DNA of 59,855 nucleotides, the filler included, from Sphacelaria rigidula (Eukaryota), in assembly GCA_964200075.2 (NCBI GenBank). It is 5 parts of 5 records of this genome, joined end to end, with 100 filler letters (N's around TTAATTAATTAA, not from the genome) between each part and the next. Parts side by side here need not be neighbours in the genome. Positions count along the whole stretch, not along the records: positions 1 to 11,892 come from CAXNAA020004365.1; 4 more parts are not named here. One strand, written 5' to 3'. Positions 1 through 11,992 of the stretch are shown in pieces. Numbering within the stretch: position 1 is the first letter of the stretch; each line of letters starts with the position of its first letter. The notes under the pieces were generated by a model. That model had not been told where the DNA came from. It did not search any database and saw nothing but the letters and a program-made list of their open reading frames with translations. Made by a program: the position numbers and the translations under genes.

Positions 1-75
1 AGTGCATCAAACGATCTCATGCCACCTTTGTTCACGTCTCGCATTTCCCCCTCTAGCACGTCCCGTTCTAGAGCC

Positions 76-170
76 GGGGAGGGGGGGAGCGTACTCATTT
101 GTTGCTTGCCTTGGTCGTTTGATCATTGACCATGCATCCCTTTCGAAACGGAGCAGGTGTGTACCAGGGT
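76..170 (-). mobile_element. LINE ORF2 C-terminus / start of 3' UTR fragment
   Basis: Minus strand reads ...GGATGCATGGTCAATGATCAAACGACCAAGGCAAGCAACAAATGAGTACGC-poly(C). The same motif follows the LINE RT at ~45750-45812 and recurs at ~14400-14530, ~20385-20437, ~46545-46690 and ~59225-59390. Confidence 0.7.
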
Positions 171-693
171 AGAGATCGAGAGACGGATTGTCTCGAGGAA
201 GGGGAGGTGTCGAAAATGTAACTTGAGGGAAAACATTGCACGTCAAGTACACAGCGATACTGTAAAAACCAGCGCGCCTACTGGGTCATCGGCTGCAACC
301 TATGAACTATCGACCTGCTCAAACTTGAGACGCAAGATGTGCAGTGACGGCCTGACTTTTTTTTCCCCCCCGGTAGGTGTACGCGGAGGCTGTATGCTGC
401 GTAAAGTAGCGCCGCACGGAGAGCCTCGGGGTGTGTGCCAACGTGCCGCGTTGTGTAACCGGACATCTCGATGGAATGGTCGACCCTGCCGCCTCACGAC
501 TATACAAGGAGGTGTGTCTACACCGTAACCACAACACGACGGTTGGGACCGCAGGGCTTCCTCGTGGAACCATAGGAAGAGCGAATCCTCCCGTGGAGAA
601 AACCAGGCCAACAAACTGGTTAATTGCAAATGATGAGAGCTGAGCATGACGTGAAGGATATTCGTGAAATAGGGAATCATTTCCACAAGGGTC

Positions 694-1015
694 TCATTCA
701 TTCATTGTATTTGATATGATAGTCGCGTAGGAAGTGATCCCCGAATGATCCAGTCGTGGCCTCAAGGTAGACGCAGGCACACAAAAAACAAGAAGGATGA
801 GGGGAACAAAATAGAACATGGAGTGAACTGAAAAGCACACCATAACCAACCAGAACAAGGAAAGGAAAGGGACAGGAAAAAGAAAGAAAAGGAGACAAAA
901 TACAGAATTAAAAAAAAAATGGTCCCGAGGAAGGAGAAATACGTGGATAAAAGGTAACAGAGAATTGGCCGGCCTCTGCAGCATGGCCTCAGGTGAAAAA
1001 GGCCATGCGCGAAAG
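694..1015 (-). mobile_element. LINE 3' UTR fragment with terminal (AATG)n tail
   Basis: Minus strand: GCGCATGGCCTTTTTCACCTGAGGCCATGCTGCAGAGGCCGGCCA, a pyrimidine-rich linker, then GGCCACGACTGGATC...GCGACTATC and an AATG repeat. Collinear with 45855-46135 and 22850-23097. Confidence 0.65.
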
Positions 1016-1421
1016 TAGAATAACAAGTACGAAAGAAAAAAAAAAGAGTCGAGGGAGAAGATTGGGCCTCAGCTATTTCCCGTCATACTGCTTGGGCATG
1101 AGCTTTCGGAAGCGGAACACCGTTTTACTCTGACGCCATGGTACAACAGCTGTTCGTCACGGGGTCAGCAGATCGCAATTTTGAATCCGACCTCGACCAC
1201 CGCAAAAGAAAAAAATCGCTCAAGTTACGTGGGCCGAAATGTTCTACACCTCGGACAACGTTAGTCAGTAGTTGCAACAGACAAGAAATGTACTGCTCAA
1301 CGTATGGGCCTATTGCGACTCTTGTTGGTCGACGATAATCACAATAGGTCTGTACTTTAAGCAGTACATTTCTTGCCTATTGCAACTGTTAACGATATAT
1401 TATCCAAGGTGCAAAATATTC

Positions 1422-1680
1422 CACAGGAACCGTAGGTAAGGTACCGTACCAAGGATACCCCCGGTATTTACCGGGGTATCCCATACCGTGGTATGGTAAA
1501 TATCGTAGGTATGAGTTTTGAAAATACCTGATCGAGCGGGTACGGTAGGTATTGAAATATCGAAATACCGTGGGTATCGTAGGTATGACATTTGAAAATA
1601 CCCGATCAAACCGGTATCGGTAGGGTATAAGATGTCCCGAATCCCAGTATCAGGTACCTACCTTACCTACGGTGCCTCTG
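1422..1680. mobile_element. hAT-type MITE with 8-bp target site duplication
   Basis: Terminal inverted repeats CA(C/G)AGG(A/C)ACCGTAGGTAAGGTA. Identical 8-bp direct repeat AAATATTC at 1414-1421 and 1681-1688. Interior is rich in GGTA/TACC motifs. Confidence 0.85.
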
Positions 1681-2039
1681 AAATATTCAGTGGGGGGGGC
1701 GTAACATCAGTACCGCACGATATTTCTTCCAATAAAACAGTGTGGAGGTTGGACCCCCGACACGGTGATATTGACACACGGTGAGGGGAACGGACGAGTG
1801 GAACGTTTTGACTGCTAGCCGGTGATGATGGTGACCCCATCGAGGTTCTGGCTAGCAAAAAGAAAAGTTTCATAGAAGGCGAACGTGATGTCGAGAAAAC
1901 GTTCAAGGACATTATTTCCACAACAAGATGAAAACTCGATTTGGGGGAATTTCGGCGATCCGATCCGATCGCCGAAATTCCCCCAACTTGTATCTTTACC
2001 TAGGACCCCAAGATTCCGGTAATCGAAATCCAAATTTGT

Positions 2040-2280
2040 ATAGCGTGTAGCACTTGTCAACAGTTACTAATAGGCGAAGGGATGGAACCATAGGATTTTC
2101 TGTGGATATGACGAGTTCAGTTCTCCGGGTTCTCATCCTCAATTTCGATGATCGGCTGTCGACAGTTCAAAGAGTACTTGATCCTTGAGGTGCGAGACCG
2201 TCTTTCGGAACAACATCTTCGTCTGGCCTTCAAAACTGATAATCCGGAGGCCGTATTTCGAAGCAATACCTTCGACTGAC
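2040..2280 (+). pseudogene. Possible decayed hAT transposase C-terminal dimerisation segment
   Basis: Frame reads ...EYLILEVRDRLSEQHLRLAFKT..., resembling the hAT 'RNRLSxxHL' motif. Broken by stops; judged by eye only. Confidence 0.3.
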
Positions 2281-5200
2281 CTTCAACACCGGAAATCCCG
2301 ACGCTATCCATGGCCGGTGAGCAGCTCCTCCCCCGCGACCACCACCCCCACCTGCAACATACTGTGTATCATCTGCATACCAAGCCCCTGACTGATGAGA
2401 ATTGACATTTTTTCAACGAAAGCGGTTCTTTTTCGACAAAATATTTGAGGAGTCGACGTAGGGTGTGATTCATAGCATCTCGCAACCAACGAGTCAAAAA
2501 CTTGCTCAAAACAAGCACCTTTGCTTCAGGACTCCCGGCGGCGGCGGCCACTGCTTGGTCCCCCTCTTTTTCCTCTCCCTCTCGCATCTGCGCTCCGTTG
2601 TCCCCGAATCTAGACCGTCTACACGATCTCTGCCAGATGCATTTCGTGAAAAACGAGCAGAGGGACCGCCAACGATTTCAACAAAATTTGTCATCACGAT
2701 CCATCATTGTAAAGTACATCAAATACACCATTTCCTTCGTTCGTTTTATTTCAATTTGACTTTCGCCTCCCTCCCCTTACTCAGGACGACTACGCGATCT
2801 TGAGGCATCAACCCCACGTATATTTCCACGGGAAAATCGCTCAAGTTTTAGGCATCCCGGATTGGATCATGACCATCAGCACGCCCGCAGTTGCGTCGAG
2901 ACTCGTCGATACGGAGTTTTCTTTGCGACTCCCGTCCTCAGGTTCCCAACGAGGGAAATCGGAACTCCTCAGGTAAGATCCAAACTGCATTTGTAACCCC
3001 CAATCTTTGGCCGCAACAGGTTTCATTTGTACCATTCTAATTTAGAACACTGGGAAGGGGCGACTGATTAATTGCTTGATCCGATTGGTGGTCACACGAT
3101 ACGTGATCCCCGAGGGACCCAGTGGTCATTATCCACAACATAGAGGTACTTCGGGTGAACAGAACGGAAACTATTGCCAAGGAAAAAAGAAAATGGGGAT
3201 TAACAAGACATAATAGACAAGAGGAGAAGACTGAGAAACATCAACACAAACAAGACCCACACAAGAAAATAGAGATTATGCCTAGCAACCCCTTTCACAC
3301 CAACCGTTGACGGCCCCTAAACCCGTGCTCACAACTGTTGAACCATTCCGAAACGCTAAGGAACACCGTAGCATGACACATGTAACGAAATAAAATAGCA
3401 AAAAAAAAAAGGAGTACGCTTCCGCTCCAAGACGAACACGATGAAAATGCCAAATGCATGGCAGTCTCACGGCGCCTCTCATAAACAGCTCACCTGATTG
3501 CGTAAAGATTCTTCCCGTACAGGGCTGTTGCCGCAAGCTTTTTGGAGGCGTAGTTGATCGCTCTTCGGTTGTTGGCCTGGCTCCGTCGGATGAGTTCCAC
3601 GAAGCACTTCCAGTAAAGGCTGATGGCCTCGTCGCCAACGATTGTATTATGCAACACAGCGACGGAGTCCGACGATAAACTCGGCGGGGTAAGCGTAATG
3701 TAAACAGTATTCCTGCTCAGCATTCGTCTTCCATCAGACAATCAGGCCGTGCCTCATCAGGTTGTTTTCGTGTCGAAAACGTGCGGTCCAATCGGATTCG
3801 CTCGTTTTTGATTCATTCACGCTATTTATTCTCTCAGATGGTTGAGAACATGGTTGAGAACGTCACTGCCGTGGACGTATCAGGTACGAGCAAATTCGAT
3901 CCCACCGTACGCTTTCGAGTCGAAAACAATTTGATCAAGACACGGACTCAATCGCACTGAACTGAAGATAAGAAACATCCAACAATGGGAAACGAAAATA
4001 TTGCGGCGATTGAGATTATGAGTTTCCCGCCACGGCTCCCGCACTTCTTTGAACGTTCTGTGTGTTCATGAGGACTTCTTCTCTGGTATTGAATGAGCAC
4101 ACACAACCGCATCATGAACGACACTCCACGGCGTATTTTGATCAGAGAAAAACGAACTTGAGAAGTGGCCAAAACACGGTAAAGCGATTTTCCATGCCCA
4201 ACTGTGCAAAGGTCGCCGTACAGCGATGATTCTCCCACGGTATACACAGTACAGTCAAGAGCGCCCTGATTTCCTACTGTGTTGTACATACCTCTTCCCG
4301 CCGGCTGCGCTCCTTGGGATGACTTCATAGTCTCAAGGGATCAACCCGCATATTACCCGCTAGGAGGGTTGTAGAAGACTCATATCAACCAACACGTGCA
4401 CACTGCAGTGAGGGAGCGCATTCGATTACTTGTGCTCAGTGTCCGGAGGCACGGCGACTATTCCCAGAAACGTTCATCCTCCTTTTCCAGAAAGTTATGC
4501 ATGTTACCTGTCGCCGTCGTATTTCTCCCCGAAATGGTTCGATCGCTGGCTCTCGAACAGCCGAGTCTCATCCAGAGCTGGTGGCACGAACGAAACATGT
4601 CCGGCAGCAAACACACAGCGAAGGCGTGGCATCAGATGACGTGGCTCGTGTACAGGCACAAATGAACCAACCCTATTGGCTCTAGAGTGAGTCTGTTCTT
4701 TGGGCGTCATGGTTACTTTTCGAGCCAACTCGATGCCTATTCGAGCGATGACCGACCCTGACGACCAAATGGTCAAGACGCACAATAACAAAAACAAAGG
4801 TAGCTACCGTACATATATCGCAAATCCTAGATAATCCCAGCTATGTTTCAACAATAGCTGGTGAGCGATGAAATACGTACACAAAACAACAGGAAGTCAG
4901 TCAAAGTTCGAGGGCACTATGTTTGTGAGCAGAAGAACGGTAATATTCGGCAGGTTTTCTGATATAGGCGCCCGCCATTGCACAGATGAAACACAAGAGC
5001 GACTGCAGGAGATAACAATCCGTTTCTCGGTTGCCATACGCCAGGTATATGCCCAGCTCTTGATCCGATTGAGAAGCGTCGACAGAAGTCGACATGCATG
5101 GCTATCTTGTACAAATCAACAGTATGGTCCGTGAAAGAAATTCTCTCATTTTGCTCGTTCGTCAATACTTAAACCCTTCGGCCACGAGGGTAGGTCACCT

Positions 5201-6306
5201 GTTGAATCGGCATCAATTTGACTTGAACAAATTGTGCGTGATCCAGATGAATTACCTTCATCGCGGTCAAAGGGTTGAAAAATGACGACTTGAAAAGTGA
5301 GACAACAACAGCCGTGACGGCGGCGTCGAATTACGTCAACTGGGCCAAAATTACCCGGAAATGGTCATCTTCATTTATGTTGGCTAGCCCCGCCCTTTTC
5401 CGTGCCTCCTCCCATGCTGGTCGTATTGTATGCGCTCAGCAGAACGTGTACATGAGGAGGGGGGGAGGGGAGAGGTGTTTCACTGAAGGGCAGAACAAAG
5501 TGAGTGATACCTGGTGAAATTTCGTTCTCTGGGGTAACAAAATCATCTCTGGGGTATTGATGAGAGAAACATTTCCACCCCCATTTCGAAGTCAATTGCT
5601 TGGTTATCGCATTAAAAAAGCGGACAATATTACCGTCCAGATCCGTATTTCTCTCAACGGCTTTGCCATGTACTGATTTTCTCCCGTAAAAGTACACGCC
5701 CCAGGGAAAAGCGTACAACATGCTCAACCCTTAGCCAGCGAGCGTCGCCTCGGAACAGTTTCACAAGCTGACAGTACGGAGACATTCGGGCGTCTTCAGT
5801 GGCCGGGGTGGGGTGGGGGGGGGTTGTCCGTCAAGCAGCCGAAAAGCTCACCAAGTCAACAATGTGTATTTGGAAGATTCCCGCGAAAGATTCCAAGTCA
5901 GGAACGAGGCCCAAGAGGCGCAAAATGACCAATCTGATCAAACACGGCCGTCAAAATGAGCACATAGTTCCCCCACAGGTGGACTCCTTCGCTGTCTACC
6001 GGCATTTCTCATCTTCGTCATAGCAGTTCAAACATAAATGACATGGGTACAATTAATTTGTGTACTCTGCTCGAGGGTCTGTGCCGCCTGTTTGACGCCT
6101 CACGTGTTGCCAGCATAGCTTCACACTGTCTGCCGTGTTGTTGTTGAACACTCAAGCAGAGGCATTAGAAGCATGCAGCAAATTGTCTTCGGTGGAGAGC
6201 GATGGCACGCTGCCTGACTCTTGACGTCGCATCCAGCGGAGACACCGCGCATACAGGCTGGGCCGCCGAAGATTCGAACAGGAATGTTGACACGCGAGTC
6301 TTGAAC

Positions 6307-6908
6307 TCAATGTTGGATCGTTTTCGATGAAACTATAACACGATGTACACGACGTACATGCAAGGACCCCCGAGAGTCCCCCCCCCGTGTTTTTTTCTTC
6401 TTCCTCGTGAGATATTGTCGATTTAGTTCCGAAAAACTGTGTTGAAATGTTCCGTCGCCGATAATCTACGAAGGAAAAAAAACAAAACACGTCGGGGGAT
6501 TTTCGGGGTCTGTGCATGTACGTCCTGTACATCGTGTCAAAATTTCATCGAAAACGATCCAAAATTGAGCGAAGAATGCGCGTCATTCCGTCGACAACCG
6601 GTTCCCTTAGTATATGGAGGTGGACCAGTTACGAATAATTCAAACGCATTTATGCTGTTCAATTTTAAGCTATTTCCCATGAAATTTTGATACGATGTAC
6701 AGGGCGTATGTGTGAATACCGAGCCTTTCCTCCTATACATGTATATTTTTCCTGCGTGAGTTATTGGCAATTTCGTTCCGAAAGAACTGTTGTGAAATGT
6801 TCCGTCGCCAATAACTAACGGAGAAAAGGAAAATAACACACGAGAGGACCGAAGGGGTGTTTGCACATACGTCCTGTACATCATGTCAAAATTTCATCGA
6901 AAACGACC
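6307..6908. repeat. Two adjacent copies of a ~230-260 bp palindromic (MITE-like) unit
   Basis: 6307-6372 is the reverse complement of ~6504-6569 (GGATCGTTTTCGATGAAA...CGATGTACA / TGTACATCG...TTTCATCGAAAACGATCC). A second diverged copy at ~6680-6908 shares the core GAAATGTTCCGTCGCC. Confidence 0.7.
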
Positions 6909-8028
6909 GAGTATTGGCAATCATGTATATTTTTCCTGCTACAGCTTGTGCGGCACCACGCGGCACAAAACTGTCTGTAACCGAAAATCCAATCTCAGCC
7001 GTTTAATTTTGGCTAATTCTACGGCACATAGTACCATCAGCTCTTTACACTTCCGCTTTTGACTACAGTTTGGTATTTCGTTTGATGATACCTTGTCGGA
7101 TCGCAGTGCTACACGGATTTGAAGACGCGCGCTGATTTGCCGATTACCACGACGTGTCATAGTAGGCACAACTCGCGATACATCGTCAGTTAGAACGGGC
7201 TGAAGGAAAGTGAGCTTCGTAGGCGACCCAGCCTGCATACTGACTCTGTACGATGTTGTCTGCACGGTCAACACCAGTCAAGGGTTCTCCGAAACTATTT
7301 TCGACATAGATGCTCAGCATCCATAATGATAAAAAAAATGCGTTTCGTGTAGCGAGGCATAGTCATTCCCAGTCCACCTGCGAGGGGGTCGCTGTCTAAG
7401 ACCAACTTTCATGGCAAAGAATCTCGATTTTTTTGAGACCCCGAGAACTCAAATTGTCGAACTCAAAATCGAGAGGACCGTTTTATGGTACAGACAGTAC
7501 GGTACGATAGATTTGTGAACTGTGAAACGGTTCCGTACACAGACGGTAATTTTCTGTATGAGTGTGGTACTGCGTACTCGTGCATGAAGCCCAAGAGCAG
7601 GCAGGCGGTAAACAATCCTTCGAGTGCAGTGTCAGGCCTTGGTACCCAAGGGAAATAGAGTGCAAGACACTCCATCAGTACGGTACATGATAATGCCGTG
7701 TGGTGGTACACGATGGCACAGTCGGTATTGCGAGAACAGAGAACAAACAGTGCGCGGGCAGTGCAGTACATGAACCCTCGAGTACGGCGACAACAGCTAG
7801 GAAAGTACAGTAGCGTTCGTTACAGTAATACATATGGCAGCGCAGCGCAGCATAAAATATTACCGTCACCACAGGGTACGGCGTCAGCGCTTGTGTGTGT
7901 TGTCGTCCCATCTATTCTGGACGCTGGTCTACAATACACCTTTCGGTATATGTGGGCGCGCCAGCCGGGGTCACACGGGAGGAAGGTCAACACCGGAGTT
8001 TATTTTTATCTTTATTTGTTTTTCAGTA

Positions 8029-9783
8029 CGGTGTTTGCGGAGACCAAATTCGGATCTGGTCTTGGACTTCGCTATTCCCCCGAAGTTCAAAGTCCGATGG
8101 TTGCGTTTCGCTTGGTTTGGTCTTTGAATAGTACATGCTCTTGGCCAACAGGCGTGACGTGTAACGTGTAACCGTCCTCCCGACAACACACACCACACCA
8201 GCTACCTCGCTGTTCGCGCAAACACCAGAGCACACGCCCAGAACATGGCGAATCAACGGGTGATGATGTGGCAGTGGTGTTCTTTTGAAGTCAGCACAGC
8301 AACATATGCACAAAAAAATAGTATGCTGAGCACAACTGGACACAGACAGCGATTGACGTGACGTGTATCCGGTTTGCACAGAAGTTGTTGCAGACCAGGA
8401 GAATCATTTTGATGACAAGTCATAAATCACACGGGCACAAGCAACGTACTTTATACTCGTGGCCTGTCTTTGCCGCCTGCCTGGCCCCTCTTGTGTTGCA
8501 ACATAGCTTCACACTGTAGTGTTGTGAAACATTTAGCAGAGACACCAGTAGCGTGCAGTAGACTGTGTTCAGTGTAGAACGATGCACGCTCACTGTTTCT
8601 TGCCCCTGAGTCCGGCGAAGATATACAGCATACAAGATACATACTGACTTTGTCCTGAGTGCGGACGGGTGTAAACTCGTGAGGGTTTCTCCGGTAGTAT
8701 TTCTTATATATTTGCGGAGCATCCAGGTAAACTTTAGGTAACAAACAGTAGGTCGTAGTGTAAAGTGTACGGAGTATGTGTTGAGCGCTGTGGTGTTGGG
8801 GTGTCTTGCTGCGAAAGTTCTTCCTGGAAAAGTCTGGAGCGCGACTGTTTGGGTTTTCGCTCCTACACCGTACGCAGTACATTTATATTTATGTCGTCTA
8901 CTGTCGAGGGTGTGTCCTGACCTCGTGGTGTGCTTTCCTTCGCCGGCTTTTGGGGGCGATTACAGCAGATCTGCGCTGCTTTCTGCTCTCGGCATGGCTC
9001 CAAGTGTCACTCGCTATGCACGCATCAACTCTCCGACACTGTCAAGCACAACGGGGCACACGCTGCTCGGGAGGCCGACCTTGGGCAACACTGTCCAACG
9101 TTTTCAGGAAATAGTGATACGACTCTGTACGACTGTCTGAAAATCCAGTGGCGTATGAAATCAGACACCCCTAGATTTTCGACATTGTGTCACCGACGAA
9201 GTTAGAGGAATCGAAAAATATGAAAGAAGACGCCTCTTGCTGTATCGTATGCTTGCTCCCTTCTGCTGCTCCGAACTTCCGTGCAAGCCGGATACAAGCC
9301 ACGTTTGTTTTACGTTGTTCGTGCTACTCGCTGCCTGTGTCAAGTTGTGCCTAACCCTCTTCCTTTCTGCATATGGTGCTGTGCTGACATCATAAGAACA
9401 CCACGTCACATCAACCGTTCTCGGCGTGTGGTCCCAGGGTGTGCGCCCTCAGCGCGATGATGGAGCTGGTGTGGTACGTGCTGGGAGAACGGAAAGCCCT
9501 TCGGGTCTGTCGGCTAATGGCATCTACATTTAAAGACCAAACCGATCCTCTTGTTGCGGACTTCGGGGGCAAATCTGCCTGCCAAAACACCGTAATGGTT
9601 GAGATCGAGCGGACTTGGGATTGTTGGCCAATAGAAAAGACCGAGCCCAACACTCGAAATTGGTCTTCACTTCACCATAGTTGGTGGGGTCATTAAAAGT
9701 TAGTCGTTGAAACCAAAATCGGGTTAGTCTGGTCATGCTCTGGACATGAAGACCAGACCCGAAGTTGGTCTACGCAAAAACCC
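8029..9783. mobile_element. Non-autonomous TIR DNA transposon inserted in the SINE
   Basis: ~35-bp imperfect TIRs (CGGTGTTTGCGGAGACCAAATTCGGATCTGGTCTT vs GGGTTTTTGCGTAGACCAACTTCGGGTCTGGTCTT). Flanked by CAGTA / TAGTA (TA or 5-bp duplication). No intact transposase seen. Confidence 0.8.
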
Positions 9784-9897
9784 TAGTACTCCACCTTCCC
9801 TCTGCGGTGCTTGCCTTTTTATTTTTATCGCGAGAGGGATCAAGCACTCCCTTTCCCTCGTCGATCGTCAAGTCGAATATTGTGTGCCCACGACATA

Positions 9898-11340
9898 CAG
9901 TGTTATCCTTTTTCCATAATATGGAGGCGGTGTATGTGGGAGAATATGTACCTTATAGTAGCTACTGTCATATTCCGCAGTTTCAATTGTCTGAGACAAA
10001 GACTGGAAATCATCATGGGAAGAGGGGTGGGCACTTCCAGCATGAAGAGCTCGCTTCACGGGCGGTGTGTGGAGGTGAAAAAAGCACCATCACGCACGAG
10101 ACCCGTCACAGCACACATCGCAAGCGGTTGCTACTGAAACGAGGTCGCGTCCCGGTAGTACACAGCGAAGCTGTGCAGGGTTCTCTACATGCCGGCCCAC
10201 CCCGCGCGCACGGATTTTTAATCACACTTGTGTACAGTATATTTGTCTGATACTGCTTACTGTCTGTGTGCACCGAAGGGTGGTACGTGGTGCACCACCC
10301 CTCGCTCCGCCACATGTTGCACAGCGGTCGGGTGTTGCAGCTGAGCGTGCATTTGCCCTAGGTAGCGCACGCAGGAGTAAAAGGCCGCCTCTGCCGCTAT
10401 AATGCCTGCCTGTATCTTTAGCGGAGCTGTATGGTAATACAGCCGATATGGCGCGCAAGCCGGCTGAAACATTTCATACCGTGGAGATTTCTAATCCGTC
10501 TCGAAGCGATACTGCTCGCAGTTCCCACTACCAGTATTTCCCACGTTGCAGTAGCCAGTAGCTTCCATGTTGTGCACAGTACATCATTTCAAGTTGTATA
10601 CTGACTGTAGAAAGCTCTTGTCCAGGATGTGATACATTTCCACATATATTAGGCGGGGAGATCGTGAAATAATCCACAGCACGTGGCCCGAGTGGAAGTG
10701 AGGCAATCACCGAAATATTCACGTGCAAAGCCTGTGCGGCCGCACTCAACGTTGATAACGCTAGAGGAACACCAGTGCAACCATCATTCCGGTTGCCAGC
10801 CTGTTTGCACGGCCGCCCCGGTAGTGGTGAGACTGTCTGCACCGGGATGTCGCTCCCAGTGCCACGTACGCCGGCAAGGGTCCGTGGCACTACCCACTGG
10901 TCGCGCGACAGGAGTTCAACCTTCGACTATTGAGCTCTTTGAAGCGGAAACGTTCAGTTTCCAATCCTCACATACATAGCGGACCATAAACTATGCTTGT
11001 TTCTTGGGTTTCTTCGAGCGTTCATCAATGACTGGGCGAGGATTGATGATGAGGCCGGCAGGATCCGTCGCAGCCTGCGTGCTCGACCGTCACTGTACCC
11101 CCTATAATTGTCATCTGACAGCAAGGTGTTGAAGAAATAAGTCCCACGCACCGTGGATATCCACTATAGGGCAGACCGGGCCATCAGTGACTTCTGCTGC
11201 AGCTGTGACTGAGACACCTTCCTCTGATACCCATCTACACATTGTCGAAGTGTCGGCGTCATCTGACGCGAGGTGCAGATTCTCTTCACGGCTGAGCTGT
11301 CAAAACACCGCCTCCATATTATGGGAAAGGGATAACACTG
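9898..11340. mobile_element. TIR DNA transposon with CAGT termini at a TA site (Tc1/mariner-like ends), inserted in the SINE
   Basis: 36-bp TIRs CAGTGTTATCC(T/C)TTT(T/C)CCATAATATGGAGGCGGTGT with 2 mismatches. TA on the left, TG on the right. SINE sequence resumes on both sides. Confidence 0.85.
10700..11151 (-). pseudogene. Possible decayed Ulp1/SENP (peptidase C48)-like fragment inside the TIR element
   Basis: Ordered motifs TYFFNTLLSDDNYRGY..RARR, NKHSLWSAMYV and KQAGNRNDGCTGVPL resemble C48 'FFNTFF..GY..V.RW', 'N.HW' and 'Q.N..DCGVF'. Contains stops and motif-disrupting changes. Confidence 0.35.
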
Positions 11341-11892
11341 TGTTGTCGCTCTCCAATGCTGGGCATCATGTGAGAAAATCCCGGATCGCTCCGAGATTTG
11401 AACCCACGACCCAGCCGTCAGAAGGTTTCGAGGTTACCACCTGAGCCACCGGGGCGACTGGCGTAAGTTGACTTATCCTTGCGCTTATCAAACCCCGTGC
11501 GAAGTCGCTTCAGCGGTTGGCGCGGGCATTAGGCACGCCCTGCGCTGTCACGAGACTGTCTTCTACTGCCGTTGCAAAAATATCAAATGTCTCGTACCCC
11601 ACCATTTTACATCAATGCCCGTACGTCACCTCTGAAAAATCGGGGGGAGACACGATCTCGCGGCCATTTCCCCCGATTTTTTCGCTCCTGATTTGGTCCA
11701 AAATTCATGTTCATAAAATGCGTTTCCTGATTATTTCCCCCCCGATGCTCGAAAAAATCGAGATTCTTAAGTGCCATAAAAGATTGTCCACGACCGGATG
11801 ATATGGCAAACAGATTCAAGACCCACGTATTGTTCACTTTTGGGACGTTTGACCCACCTTTTGATACCCAAACAGGGAAAACCGCCAACACA

Positions 11893-11992
11893 NNNNNNNN
11901 NNNNNNNNNNNNNNNNNNNNNNNNNNNNNNNNNNNNTTAATTAATTAANNNNNNNNNNNNNNNNNNNNNNNNNNNNNNNNNNNNNNNNNNNN
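11893..11992. other. Artificial scaffold spacer
   Basis: 44 N + TTAATTAATTAA (stop codons in all six frames) + 44 N. Confidence 0.97.

Larger units (their letters stand above)
7892..11462 (-). mobile_element. tRNA-derived SINE split into three pieces (7892-8028, 9784-9897, 11341-11462)
   Basis: Joined, the pieces are collinear with the intact copies at 14551-14915 and 53160-53515: head with A-box TGGCTCAG.TGG and B-box GGTTCAAATC, then body, then 3' tail ending GGGACGACAACACAC. Confidence 0.85.

Noticed and set aside
3490..3741. PIF/Harbinger transposase end (VAVLHNTIVGDE)
   Set aside because: Single short motif with no supporting upstream DDE motifs seen.
11937..11948. TTAATTAATTAA as a biological palindrome or piggyBac site
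   Set aside because: Identical in all four gaps between 44-N runs; an assembly linker.
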